Assembly (NCBI GenBank): GCA_902559905.1
Contig: CACEJV010000001.1
Span: 52,495-116,494 of the forward strand
Length of the DNA stretch: 64,000 nucleotides
From: an uncultured Bacteroidota bacterium
GTDB lineage: Bacteria; Bacteroidota; Bacteroidia; Flavobacteriales; Flavobacteriaceae
Direction of reading: 5' to 3'
Part shown: one piece after another, positions 37,668 through 46,630 of the stretch
Position numbering within the stretch: position 1 is the first letter of the stretch
Layout of the letters: every line of letters starts with the position of its first letter
The notes under the pieces: model-generated
What the model was told of the DNA's origin: nothing
The model's database searches: none
Seen by the model: only the letters and a program-made list of their open reading frames with translations
Made by a program: the position numbers and the translations under genes

Positions 37668-38387
37668 TTATACTTTTGATAATTCACTCAAAAAAATTGC
37701 TACAGAGTTAGCTACATTTAAACTATCAGGTTTCAATTTTCCAGTTCTAAAATGTGGTATAGTTAACTCACAATTTAAATTTTTTAAAATGTCTTTTGAT
37801 ATACCGTGAGATTCACTACCAAATATATAAGTGGCGTTTTTAACCAATCTATACTTATAAATTGATTTGCCATTTAAGCTTGCCCCAAAAATTGGTTTTT
37901 TTAATGATTTTAAAGAATCCCCTAGATTATCTAAATAATGGCATCTAACTCTTACAATTGATCCCATAGAGGCTTGTATTACTTTTGGGTTATAACAATC
38001 AACAGTTTCATTACTACATAATATTTGAGATAGCCCAAACCAATCACATAATCGAATGATTGTTCCTAAATTACCTGGATCACTAATTCCATCTATTGCA
38101 ATTGTAGTTGACTCTGACATAATTCTTTTTGATTGAGGCAAATTAAAGACACCCAAAACTGGACTTGGAGTCTTAAAATGGGTTATTTGCTTCATCTGAC
38201 TTAATTTTATTGGTTTTGCGTCTGGATAAAGATTTTTTATAGTAGAAAATAGCATTTCATATTTCCAACCATTGCTTATTAATTCTTCAATTGTTTTTTC
38301 ACCTTCAGCTACAAAAAGTTTATTTAGGACTCGATACTTTTTTTTACTTAATTGAAATATTAGTTTGCGATCCTTAATTGATAACAT
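37668..38387 (-). CDS. TrmH/SpoU family RNA methyltransferase
   Basis: DPGNLGTIIR, GSESHGI, DSLNVA. Confidence 0.92.
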   Translation of the reverse strand: MLSIKDRKLIFQLSKKKYRVLNKLFVAEGEKTIEELISNGWKYEMLFSTIKNLYPDAKPIKLSQMKQITHFKTPSPVLGVFNLPQSKRIMSESTTIAIDGISDPGNLGTIIRLCDWFGLSQILCSNETVDCYNPKVIQASMGSIVRVRCHYLDNLGDSLKSLKKPIFGASLNGKSIYKYRLVKNATYIFGSESHGISKDILKNLNCELTIPHFRTGKLKPDSLNVANSVAIFLSELSKV

Positions 38388-38511
38388 ATTGCCTTAGTTG
38401 TATATATTCTAAACTTAATATAATTAATTATTAATAATTCAATAAATTAAAATAATCTATAAAAACTGATAATAATCATTTTAAAATTCTACATTTACAC
38501 AAATTAAATTA

Positions 38512-38712
38512 ATGAATCAAGGAACTGTAAAGTTCTTTAATGAAACAAAAGGATTTGGTTTTATTAAAGAGATTGATTCAGATGCCGAACATTTCGTTCA
38601 TATTTCTGGAGTAATTGACAGGATAAAAGAAGGAGACAAAGTAGAATTTGAATTAATAGAAGGTAAAAAGGGGCTAAATGCAGTTAATGTAAAAATTGCC
38701 TCTGAAGACTAA
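38512..38712 (+). CDS. Cold-shock protein
   Basis: GTVKFFNETKGFGFI, HFVHIS. Confidence 0.95.
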   Translation: MNQGTVKFFNETKGFGFIKEIDSDAEHFVHISGVIDRIKEGDKVEFELIEGKKGLNAVNVKIASED

Positions 38713-38714
38713 AT

Positions 38715-38746
38715 AAAAAAACCCCCTAATAATTTAGGGGGTTTTT
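38715..38746. terminator. Bidirectional intrinsic terminator
   Basis: AAAAAAACCCCCTAA-taat-TTAGGGGGTTTTT. Confidence 0.88.
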
Positions 38747-38754
38747 CATTAAAA

Positions 38755-38877
38755 TTAGACAGCTTCAGCCAACTCAATTTCTCTGTTTTGAGTCTGAGCA
38801 TGGTTTTGAAGTTCTTTTTTTAATGCTAATGCGTGGCCTTGGTTTGGTTCCAAAGCTAACATAATCATATCATTCAT
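38755..38877 (-). CDS. 40-aa hypothetical peptide (not in ORF track)
   Basis: MNDMIMLALEPNQGHALALKKELQNHAQTQNREIELAEAV*; ends 8 nt before a bidirectional terminator and follows a structured leader. Confidence 0.65.
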   Translation of the reverse strand: MNDMIMLALEPNQGHALALKKELQNHAQTQNREIELAEAV

Positions 38878-38904
38878 AATCTTAAACTTTAAAGTTAAAC
38901 TTAT

Positions 38905-38990
38905 GTAACGATTCATTCGGGTGCGTTCTCTCCACCCGCGACTATATTATTGAACCCAGTCCACACGGGTTATCGATAAAGGAAATCGAC
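38905..38990 (-). ncRNA. Unclassified structured RNA / candidate cis-regulatory leader
   Basis: GC-rich intergenic island with three hairpins on minus: GUCGAU/AUCGAU, AACCC/GGGUU, CGGGUG/CACCCG. Confidence 0.55.
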
Positions 38991-39014
38991 AATTAAATTT
39001 ACAAAAAAAATAGT

Positions 39015-39221
39015 TTAACTATCATTCATCTTTCTTAACTCTGAAAGCAAAAAATTTGACCTCTGCTTAAATGTCAAGGGAGTTCCAGGTTCATTTATTT
39101 TATCATAAAGTCTCCAATAATCATCAATACGATCAGAGCAAATATTTGAATGCAATAAATACTTTTCAAACTCTTTTCTTGTCATTAAATTATAAGTATT
39201 AATGTTATTCTTGTCTTGCAA
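39015..39221 (-). CDS. Small hypothetical protein
   Basis: ORF track; overlaps the LOG stop, so the true start may be the internal MTRKEF. Confidence 0.5.
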   Translation of the reverse strand: MQDKNNINTYNLMTRKEFEKYLLHSNICSDRIDDYWRLYDKINEPGTPLTFKQRSNFLLSELRKMNDS

Positions 39222-39783
39222 ACTTTAATGCATCATCTGTCCAATCTGGAATATCTTTTATAATATCTACAATGTTGTTAGTTGCATCAACAACATTCCA
39301 CATTTTTAAATGCCTTTTATCCATAAAATTTTGATCAACACATCTCTCCAACATTTGTAATAAAGGATTATAAAAGCCTTGGATATTAATAATGACTATT
39401 GGCTTTAAGAAGAGGCCTAACCTCTTTAATGTAATCGCTTCTATAAGTTCATCTAAGGTTCCACATCCACCTGGCAAAGCTATTACTGCATCAATATTCT
39501 CTAAAAACTTAGATTTTCTCTCATGCATTGTATCGACAAGTTCTAATTTTTCTAGTCTTTTATGAGTCCATTCAATATCTTTCATAAACTTTGGACTAAT
39601 GCCTGTAATTTTTCCACCATTATCTAAAATTACATCAGCAAGATGACCCATTAGTCCTCCGCCTCCCCCTCCATAAACAACTTCAACATTTTCCTTTAAA
39701 AACTCTTTAGCTAGATCTTTAGTGCAGTCAAAATATTTTTTTTCAATTTTTGAACTTGAAGAACAATAAACACAAATTTTCAT
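39205..39783 (-). CDS. LOG family protein (TIGR00730-like)
   Basis: VYGGG..GLMG, MHERK, LPGGCGTLDE. Confidence 0.92.
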   Translation of the reverse strand: MKICVYCSSSSKIEKKYFDCTKDLAKEFLKENVEVVYGGGGGGLMGHLADVILDNGGKITGISPKFMKDIEWTHKRLEKLELVDTMHERKSKFLENIDAVIALPGGCGTLDELIEAITLKRLGLFLKPIVIINIQGFYNPLLQMLERCVDQNFMDKRHLKMWNVVDATNNIVDIIKDIPDWTDDALKFARQE

Positions 39784-39872
39784 CTCATCTAAATTATAAA
39801 AACTTAGTTAATAATATCGGATATTCATTGTTGAATAAAATAATTTACCTTTGAATTCTAAAACAATTAATC

Positions 39873-40787
39873 ATGAAAAAAATTTTAATATTATTTACTA
39901 TTTTAACCACAAGTGTTGTGCTTTCTCAAAAAGAAGCTAATGGGAAGATCTATATTGAACATCCTGCAATTGAAATTGTTGATCAATTTACAAAGGCATA
40001 TGTAGCTGGAGATCTTGAAAAAATAAAAGAACTTGTGACAGATGACGTACAAGTAATTACCTTGAGAGACAGAACTCCAAGAAAGTTGAATTGGATTCTT
40101 GGAACATCAAATTACTTAAGTAAAAACTTTGTAAATTTTAACATTAAACATTATGGTGGGTCGTACCCTGATGTATTAGAATATAAACAAGATAATGTTG
40201 TTGATGTTAAAACCTATGAGAGATTAACTGGATATGATAAGAATACAGGTTTAAGTCTTGATATGCCAAGATATTCAACATTTAGAATGAATGGTGATAA
40301 AATTGCAGGCATATGGATTAATGATGACCAGGTATTATGGCAAAAAAATTCTGAAGCTTATGGTACATCAAAAAATGGTGTAATCTATAAAGACCATCCT
40401 TTAGTTACAAAAGTCAGGCTACTTTATCAGGATTATCTTACTATGGATGTAGAAAAAATCAAATCCAACTATACAGAAAACACGTTATTTTATAATGTAA
40501 TGAACTCAGGAATAGACGAATTTAAGACTTTAGATGAAGAATTTTCTCAGTTTGATCAATATATGGAGATGTTTGAACTTGTTGGTTTAAGAGAAAGCGG
40601 ATTTCCAGATTTACTAGACTATGATGGTGAGGGTGCAGTAGTTATTTCATGGATTGAAATGACATTTAAAAATAGAAAATCAGGTAATACTGCAACTATT
40701 TTACAACATATTCAACATTGGTTTAATGATGAGGGCGAAATAGTAAGAGAAGACTACTACTTTAATCCTGCTCAACTACCTCAATAA
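39873..40787 (+). CDS. Secreted tandem SnoaL/NTF2-like protein
   Basis: Signal peptide; internal duplication (IYIEHP/IYKDHP, SYPDVLEY/GFPDLLDY); TACCTTTG promoter at 39846. Confidence 0.7.
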   Translation: MKKILILFTILTTSVVLSQKEANGKIYIEHPAIEIVDQFTKAYVAGDLEKIKELVTDDVQVITLRDRTPRKLNWILGTSNYLSKNFVNFNIKHYGGSYPDVLEYKQDNVVDVKTYERLTGYDKNTGLSLDMPRYSTFRMNGDKIAGIWINDDQVLWQKNSEAYGTSKNGVIYKDHPLVTKVRLLYQDYLTMDVEKIKSNYTENTLFYNVMNSGIDEFKTLDEEFSQFDQYMEMFELVGLRESGFPDLLDYDGEGAVVISWIEMTFKNRKSGNTATILQHIQHWFNDEGEIVREDYYFNPAQLPQ

Positions 40788-40799
40788 ATATGAATTATT

Positions 40800-40828
40800 A
40801 ACCCCCCTCATTTAAGATGGGGGTTTTT
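40800..40828. terminator. Intrinsic terminator
   Basis: AACCCCC...GGGGGTT TTT between convergent genes. Confidence 0.75.
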
Positions 40829-41237
40829 ATTTTTTAAGAGCAGATAATTCTCTTATTCTCGATTTATTAAGTATACTGTCTTTTAATTCTCTCTTTCTTT
40901 CAAACTCATTGTCTGTAACATTGATTTTCATTCTCTCTCTATTTACAGTATAAATCTCATAATTAAACATTGCAAGATTAAGAAATTCAAGAGCTTTGAT
41001 TTCATTATCTACACCACCTAAATTTTCGTCAAGGGCAATTGCTCTAGAATAAACTGAAATAATTTCATCTGCAATAATACCATAAGCTTCAACTGATGCG
41101 TCGTTAAGAGTAGAGGAATTCAACTGTTTGGTTTCATATGAAGGTTCACCTAAGTCAGAATAATTGTAACTATCTAAATAATAAATTTCATTACCGCATC
41201 CAATCATTAATAGCGATATAAAAAAAATCTTTCTCAT
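40827..41237 (-). CDS. Hypothetical lipoprotein
   Basis: MRKIFFISLLMIGC lipobox from ATG 41237. Confidence 0.6.
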   Translation of the reverse strand: MRKIFFISLLMIGCGNEIYYLDSYNYSDLGEPSYETKQLNSSTLNDASVEAYGIIADEIISVYSRAIALDENLGGVDNEIKALEFLNLAMFNYEIYTVNRERMKINVTDNEFERKRELKDSILNKSRIRELSALKK

Positions 41238-41300
41238 ATTTAAATTTAAAAAAAACTCTAACAATTATTATTGTAAATTAGGAAAATACTTTAATGATAA

Positions 41301-41795
41301 GTGATTTTACCAGTAAGCTATACAATCAACCTTGAGTTTGACAAGACTAAAGTCTGGTCTATTCTTTCAAAAAGAGAACATCTAAATCTTTTCCATCCTT
41401 TTTGCAAAAAAAATATTGCCTATTCATGGAATAAAAAATCAAGAGAGGACTCTTTGGAGTATCTCAATGGAGTTAAACTGCATAGAAATTTTTTTGAATG
41501 GAATGAAGGTTCTGGCTTTAAATTAATTATTGGTAGAAAAGATGGTAAAAAATCCAAAGTAATTTGGGAAGTAAAAGGAGATAAAAATACTAAGGTTAAA
41601 ATAACTGTTTACCCTCATATTCTTAGTGGAGTAAACAAACTATTTTACCTATTTGCATATATATTTGTTATTAGACCAGGTCTAAAAAAATATTTAAAAT
41701 CTGTTTTACTTGGGCTAGAGTGGTATCTTAAAAATCAAAGGCCAATTACTAACAACCAGTTTGGTTCTCACAAATGGTTTTCTCTAGTTGACTAA
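41301..41795 (+). CDS. SRPBCC/START-like hypothetical protein
   Basis: KVWSILS..HLNLFHPFC start and C-terminal helix LKSVLLGLEWYL. Confidence 0.55.
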   Translation: MILPVSYTINLEFDKTKVWSILSKREHLNLFHPFCKKNIAYSWNKKSREDSLEYLNGVKLHRNFFEWNEGSGFKLIIGRKDGKKSKVIWEVKGDKNTKVKITVYPHILSGVNKLFYLFAYIFVIRPGLKKYLKSVLLGLEWYLKNQRPITNNQFGSHKWFSLVD

Positions 41796-42315
41796 TTGGA
41801 TTATCATGATTCATCTTACTATGATCCATCATATTGTGATCCATGTGTTTTTTGCCAATGTTAAATATTGGAGTCATTATACCTATAGTTTTCATCATTT
41901 CTGATTGATTGTAGAAAACTTTAAGATTTTTATTTTTGAAAAGCTTATACTCAACACCAAAATATGGTTCAGTTCCATCCATGTCCATATCCATATCCAT
42001 ATTCATACCCATATTCATATTCATTGACATGTCAGATTCACTTTGCATTTTCATGTCCATTAAACCAGCTGCAATGTTAAATCTTCCTAGATTGTATTTT
42101 ATGTTGTACATTATTTCATAGTCACCATCTGTTTCAAATGGTGTTATCATCAAACCAGCACCCAATGTTACTTTTGGGAGAACCATATAGTTGATACCTA
42201 CTCCTAACTTAGCGATATCATTTTCCACATCCATAGCTCCTGAGGCACCAATATGAAATTGAGAATAAACAGCTGAGGAAAATAGTATTGATAATGTAAT
42301 AATTAGATTTCTCAT
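41749..42315 (-). CDS. Small exported beta-strand-rich protein with Met-rich loop and His/Met tail
   Basis: Signal peptide; alternating amphipathic strands; MDMKMQSESDMSMNMNMGMNMDMDMDMD; HMDHNMMDHSKMNHD. Confidence 0.7.
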   Translation of the reverse strand: MRNLIITLSILFSSAVYSQFHIGASGAMDVENDIAKLGVGINYMVLPKVTLGAGLMITPFETDGDYEIMYNIKYNLGRFNIAAGLMDMKMQSESDMSMNMNMGMNMDMDMDMDGTEPYFGVEYKLFKNKNLKVFYNQSEMMKTIGIMTPIFNIGKKHMDHNMMDHSKMNHDNPISQLEKTICENQTGC

Positions 42316-42320
42316 AAATT

Positions 42321-42494
42321 TTATTTTGGTAAAGAACCATGACGGTCATAATAGTCTTTATCGTAGTTTATTTTTTCTTTATTAGATAAAATTAGTGAAA
42401 TTAGTACAAGGATAGTTACTAAAACTCCAAAAATGAATATTGATGCAGTTAAGTCTCCTAAAAGTAAGTCTCGAATTTGACCGTATCTGTTCAT
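42321..42494 (-). CDS. 57-aa single-TM protein (not in ORF track)
   Basis: MNRYGQIRDLLLGDLTASIFIFGVLVTILVLISLILSNKEKINYDKDYYDRHGSLPK*; stop 5 nt before the Met-rich gene. Confidence 0.6.
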   Translation of the reverse strand: MNRYGQIRDLLLGDLTASIFIFGVLVTILVLISLILSNKEKINYDKDYYDRHGSLPK

Positions 42495-42593
42495 AGAACA
42501 AACTTATTCATATAGACAAAAATAAATACTTAATGAGATATAATTAACAAAAATTTTGGATTTTATTATTAAACTAAAATCTACATTTGTATT

Positions 42594-42707
42594 GTGTTTA
42601 AGTATAAAAAAATTCCTAAACAGTACTATCCAGAAATCCTATTTATGGTATTTCTAATAGTTATGTTTGCTAAGGTATATTTCATGGTTCAATTAGCTAA
42701 TGCTTAA
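42594..42707 (+). CDS. 37-aa single-TM peptide, probably leaderless (not in ORF track)
   Basis: GTG 4 nt after TACATTTG (42582-42589); MFKYKKIPKQYYPEILFMVFLIVMFAKVYFMVQLANA*. Confidence 0.45.
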   Translation: MFKYKKIPKQYYPEILFMVFLIVMFAKVYFMVQLANA

Positions 42708-42710
42708 GCC

Positions 42711-44351
42711 CTAATTATCAATTCTAGGTACTATTCCATTTAAAATTGAAGAATCGTTGTTGAGCTCCCAGTGAAATAATGTCATTGGTATATTACCTAT
42801 GTCTATTAGTTTTTTAAAAAAATTTTTAAGATTAGAATTTGGATCTTTTTCATTTATTCTTGAATATTCTGCTAGAGCATTTTCAAATAGATATTTACCA
42901 GTAATATAACTAGTTCCATATCCTGGTTGTCTAAGATATAAATGTTGCTCAAATATTAGTAATTCTTTTTCAGTTTTCATCCAACCTCTAGGAGTATATT
43001 CTGAATGAATCTTTCCAGCCTCTTCCATTGTCATAAGATTTGCATGTGCATACAATGAACCAAGTCCTCTAGCTGCTCTTTGTGCAATTAAAATGTACAC
43101 AATTTCCTTGGACCTTGGATTAGACTCATATAATCCGGCTTGCATAAACATCTCTTCAACAGATGTAGCAACTCCTTCATTTCGACTATCAAAAATGTTA
43201 TACAATACCGCATCTTTTCTTATTATATTTCCATGAGGGTTTAAATCCATTTCAGCTAATTCAAACCAATGAAAAAAATGTGAATAAAGTGGTTTTGGGT
43301 CTAAATGTGCAGTTATCCAAAAAAAGTTTCTTGTATCCTCCGGAATAAACTTACCCAATCTTTCATCAAGAGCATCTTTATAATAATCTTTAACATTTAT
43401 TACTTGTTGTTTATCAAGAAATTCTATTAGATCTTTTGATGCATGCTGAGCTTTCTTTAGATATTCTTCCTGATTTGATACTGAAGTAAGTTTAGGTAAA
43501 TTTCTGTTTTTATGTTCTTCTAACTTAAGAGAAGACCATGCTCTTGCAAGCTCTCTTTTTAATAACATAACCTCATCATCCCATGAAAGAGGAACAAGAT
43601 GAACATTCTTTTGGTACCATGTATAATTATCTTTTCCAATACCTGATGGACCTGTTTTATTTTTTGATTCATCCTTTAACCACATAGATAAGCTTTTAGT
43701 TGACCTTATACTCTCATCAATAATTTGAATAAGATCTTTTTGCTTTTTCACACCAGGAAAGTTCTTTAATAATTCAAGATTTGAGACTTGAGTCTCTATA
43801 TCTCTAATTCCTGCAATCCATAAATCCCTAGCATTCCCTATTAAATTATTTTTGGCTTGTTCATTGAACGCTGGTATTATACTAAGCTCATTAGTTAGCT
43901 TTTTTAATTGTTGCTTTGGCAGTGGAAAATCATATTGCCATACCTCTACAACCATATGATGTGTTGGTCCCTCATGAGCTGGGACATCACTTCTGTTCAT
44001 CCATAAGGATTTATAAAAAGCAGGATCTCTTTCCCAGGGCTTAAGTATATTATAGTTAAATTCAAAACCATTCATTTCAGCCCATATTAAGGTCCAATCT
44101 ACTTGACTTTTAACATCAAGTTGTTCTCTATCAATTTGATTAAGTCTATTTCTAAGATTGTTAAATTCTTCAATTCTTATATCAAAAGTATTTAATCTAT
44201 AATCAGGTGCACCATTAAATAATGGTGGTTTTTCAAATTCACGCCAATCTATAAACAGATTCTCTAGAGATTCTCTCATGTCCACTTGAGAGTATGCAGA
44301 AATCAAAAAGAACAAATTGAAAAGCGTAAAAAATAATATCTTCTTTCTCAC
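42711..44351 (-). CDS. Secreted hypothetical protein, DUF885-like
   Basis: Signal peptide; LKPWERDPAFY, RNEGVATSVEE, YLRQPGYGTSYITGK resemble the DUF885 C-terminus. Confidence 0.55.
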   Translation of the reverse strand: MRKKILFFTLFNLFFLISAYSQVDMRESLENLFIDWREFEKPPLFNGAPDYRLNTFDIRIEEFNNLRNRLNQIDREQLDVKSQVDWTLIWAEMNGFEFNYNILKPWERDPAFYKSLWMNRSDVPAHEGPTHHMVVEVWQYDFPLPKQQLKKLTNELSIIPAFNEQAKNNLIGNARDLWIAGIRDIETQVSNLELLKNFPGVKKQKDLIQIIDESIRSTKSLSMWLKDESKNKTGPSGIGKDNYTWYQKNVHLVPLSWDDEVMLLKRELARAWSSLKLEEHKNRNLPKLTSVSNQEEYLKKAQHASKDLIEFLDKQQVINVKDYYKDALDERLGKFIPEDTRNFFWITAHLDPKPLYSHFFHWFELAEMDLNPHGNIIRKDAVLYNIFDSRNEGVATSVEEMFMQAGLYESNPRSKEIVYILIAQRAARGLGSLYAHANLMTMEEAGKIHSEYTPRGWMKTEKELLIFEQHLYLRQPGYGTSYITGKYLFENALAEYSRINEKDPNSNLKNFFKKLIDIGNIPMTLFHWELNNDSSILNGIVPRIDN

Positions 44352-44797
44352 ATTCTTTGATTTACTTCAATCCAATTACCTTCAGGGTCGGTTAAATAAA
44401 TTTGAAGTGCGTTGTCATGAGGTCTAATATTATATTGAAGTTTTTTACCATCCCAACTTTCAAAGTAAATTTCATTATCTTTTAAATATTCCATGAAAAT
44501 TTCAAGGTTATTTACAGTAACTGCTAAATGATTTGCTTTGATTTTCTCATGATTTGCTTCTTTGTTTTCACCTAGATGAATTTCAAAGCCATCTCCAATA
44601 TCAAACCATCTCAATGAAGGGTTATCTAATTCAATTTCTTTAAACTTAAATATATTTTTAAAAAAGTTTCCTACTTTATTTAAATCTTTAACCTCATATG
44701 CAACGTGATCAGTTTTACTAATTATAAATTCCTGCGAATAAAGAGTATTTATTTGAAAAAATAATAATATTAAAGCAAGCCTATGAGTCAAATTCAT
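44348..44797 (-). CDS. VOC/glyoxalase family protein
   Basis: DHVAYEV, EIHL, NHLAVTV, YLTDPEGNWIEV. Confidence 0.88.
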   Translation of the reverse strand: MNLTHRLALILLFFQINTLYSQEFIISKTDHVAYEVKDLNKVGNFFKNIFKFKEIELDNPSLRWFDIGDGFEIHLGENKEANHEKIKANHLAVTVNNLEIFMEYLKDNEIYFESWDGKKLQYNIRPHDNALQIYLTDPEGNWIEVNQRM

Positions 44798-44842
44798 ATT
44801 TACAAGTTAATCAAAAAGTTTAAAATTGATTAAATTAGATTG

Positions 44843-45634
44843 ATGTTACACTTGTTAAGGAGTTTTAAAGTATTTCTAATTTTTCTAATATTTATATCCT
44901 GTGAACCTATTGATGATTCCAATAAATGGGTTAGTTTATTTGATGGAAAAAGTCTAGATGGCTGGGAAATGAAAATTTCTGGTTATGAATTAAATAATAA
45001 TCATAGAAATACTTTTAGAGTTGGTGATGGCACTATCAAAGTGACATATGAAGATTATGATTTATTTGATGAAAATTTTGGGCATATTTTTTATACTAAT
45101 AAGAAATTTAAAAATTACCATTTGAAACTTGATTATAGATTTTATGGTGAACATGTTAATTTATTTACAAACGAGAATGATGCATGGAATTATAAAAACA
45201 GCGGAGTAATGCTACATTCTGAACATCCAAATCAAATGTTTTTAGATCAAGGATTTCCTGTAAGTATAGAAGGGCAATTTCTTGGAGGCTCTGGTGTAAA
45301 TGATAGACCAACACTTAATATGTGTTCACCTGGAACTGAGGTTGACATAAATGGAACTCAAGCTATGCAGCACTGTGTTAACTCATCCTCAAAAACAATT
45401 CATACTGAAGAATGGGTGAGTGTTGAGTTTCTTGTTTTTTCTGATTCAATTGTTCACCATATAGTTGATAAAGACACAGTAATGACATATTCTAATATTC
45501 GTTTCGGAGGAACATACTTGTCTAAAAACTTCACTGATAAAGTTGGCGAGCCTTTGAAAGAAGGCTATATATCCCTTCAATCTGAAGGTCATCCTATTGA
45601 ATTTAAAAATATCAGAGTTAAAGAACTTGATTAA
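44843..45634 (+). CDS. DUF1080 (3-keto-disaccharide hydrolase/hydratase) lipoprotein
   Basis: FISC lipobox; WVSLFDGKSLDGW, NSGV, GYISLQSEGHPIEFKNI. Confidence 0.88.
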   Translation: MLHLLRSFKVFLIFLIFISCEPIDDSNKWVSLFDGKSLDGWEMKISGYELNNNHRNTFRVGDGTIKVTYEDYDLFDENFGHIFYTNKKFKNYHLKLDYRFYGEHVNLFTNENDAWNYKNSGVMLHSEHPNQMFLDQGFPVSIEGQFLGGSGVNDRPTLNMCSPGTEVDINGTQAMQHCVNSSSKTIHTEEWVSVEFLVFSDSIVHHIVDKDTVMTYSNIRFGGTYLSKNFTDKVGEPLKEGYISLQSEGHPIEFKNIRVKELD

Positions 45635-45636
45635 TA

Positions 45637-45918
45637 CTATAATATCTTACCCCAATCTCCTCCGGTATATATTTCAATTATAGACCAAGCCGAGAACAAA
45701 CTAGTTATTATTATAAAAATTAGAGTGTAAAAAATCCAAAATAATTTTTTTTTAATTAAATAAAATAAAGACCCAACTATAAAAGAAGGTACATTAAGAA
45801 TTAAAACAAGCATTAAAGGATCAATTAAAATAAATGTCTCAAAGTCAAAGTTGTGGATCAAAAAGAAAACTAATCCTAATATATAGCTTAAAATAATATA
45901 TGACTTTAACTTACTCAT
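45637..45918 (-). CDS. Small membrane hypothetical protein
   Basis: Three hydrophobic segments. Confidence 0.6.
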   Translation of the reverse strand: MSKLKSYIILSYILGLVFFLIHNFDFETFILIDPLMLVLILNVPSFIVGSLFYLIKKKLFWIFYTLIFIIITSLFSAWSIIEIYTGGDWGKIL

Positions 45919-45931
45919 TAGATAAATAATT

Positions 45932-46621
45932 CTAAAGCTTTTTAATTTTTATATTCCTAAATGAAAGATCATTACCATAATCTTGAAAGCCAATATATCC
46001 AGTCTTAAACTCACCATAATCTTTATTATCTCGCCACATTGAATTATTTTTCTTTTCATACCATTCATCTGACCAAGGTGTAAATGATAAAACTTTATTA
46101 CCATTTAACCAATATTCAACATTTTCCTCAGTAAATATAATTTTGGAAGAATTCCACTGACCTACAGGATTTAAAATTTTCATTTTTGGATCTGCTGCAT
46201 ACATCCCGTAATCAGAGGCTGTTTTTTGTAGCGGTGTTAATGAAATTCCATGAATTGAATCATAATTAACATCGTCAATTATTTGATACTCTGGTGATCC
46301 TCCGCCAAATTCTTGTAAATGATAAAAAATACCACTGTTACCGCCAGGTGGAATCTTCCACTCCAAATAAAGCTCAAAATTGTCAAACATTTCAGCACCA
46401 TAAATAATATCTATTTTTTCATCCTCTTCTGTACCTTTTTTCCTTAGAGTTAAGGTTCCATCAATTATTTTCCAACCAGAGTGTAAGTTAGACCCATCTC
46501 TTGCTAACCAACCACTAGTAGATGAACCATCAAATAAGTTTATCCATTCAGACTCTGACTGAACATTAGAATTACATGAGATAAGCAGGAAATAAATTGA
46601 AAACAAGATTTTTTTTATCAT
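45932..46621 (-). CDS. DUF1080 lipoprotein
   Basis: LISC lipobox; WINLFDG, GNSGIFY, PEYQIID, GYIGFQDYG..FRNIKIK. Confidence 0.88.
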   Translation of the reverse strand: MIKKILFSIYFLLISCNSNVQSESEWINLFDGSSTSGWLARDGSNLHSGWKIIDGTLTLRKKGTEEDEKIDIIYGAEMFDNFELYLEWKIPPGGNSGIFYHLQEFGGGSPEYQIIDDVNYDSIHGISLTPLQKTASDYGMYAADPKMKILNPVGQWNSSKIIFTEENVEYWLNGNKVLSFTPWSDEWYEKKNNSMWRDNKDYGEFKTGYIGFQDYGNDLSFRNIKIKKL

Positions 46622-46630
46622 TGTTCTAAT

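Noticed and set aside
38905..38990. Assignment as a ZTP (pfl) or glnA glutamine riboswitch
   Set aside because: Only fragments resemble them (CUGGG hairpin; plus-strand CGAUUCAU...AAGGAAAUCG). Element order, core motifs and orientation do not fit, so left unclassified.
35262..42700. Integrative element or prophage at tRNA-Asn
   Set aside because: Many small ORFs follow, but I saw no integrase, phage genes or duplicated tRNA 3' end; at most a variable region
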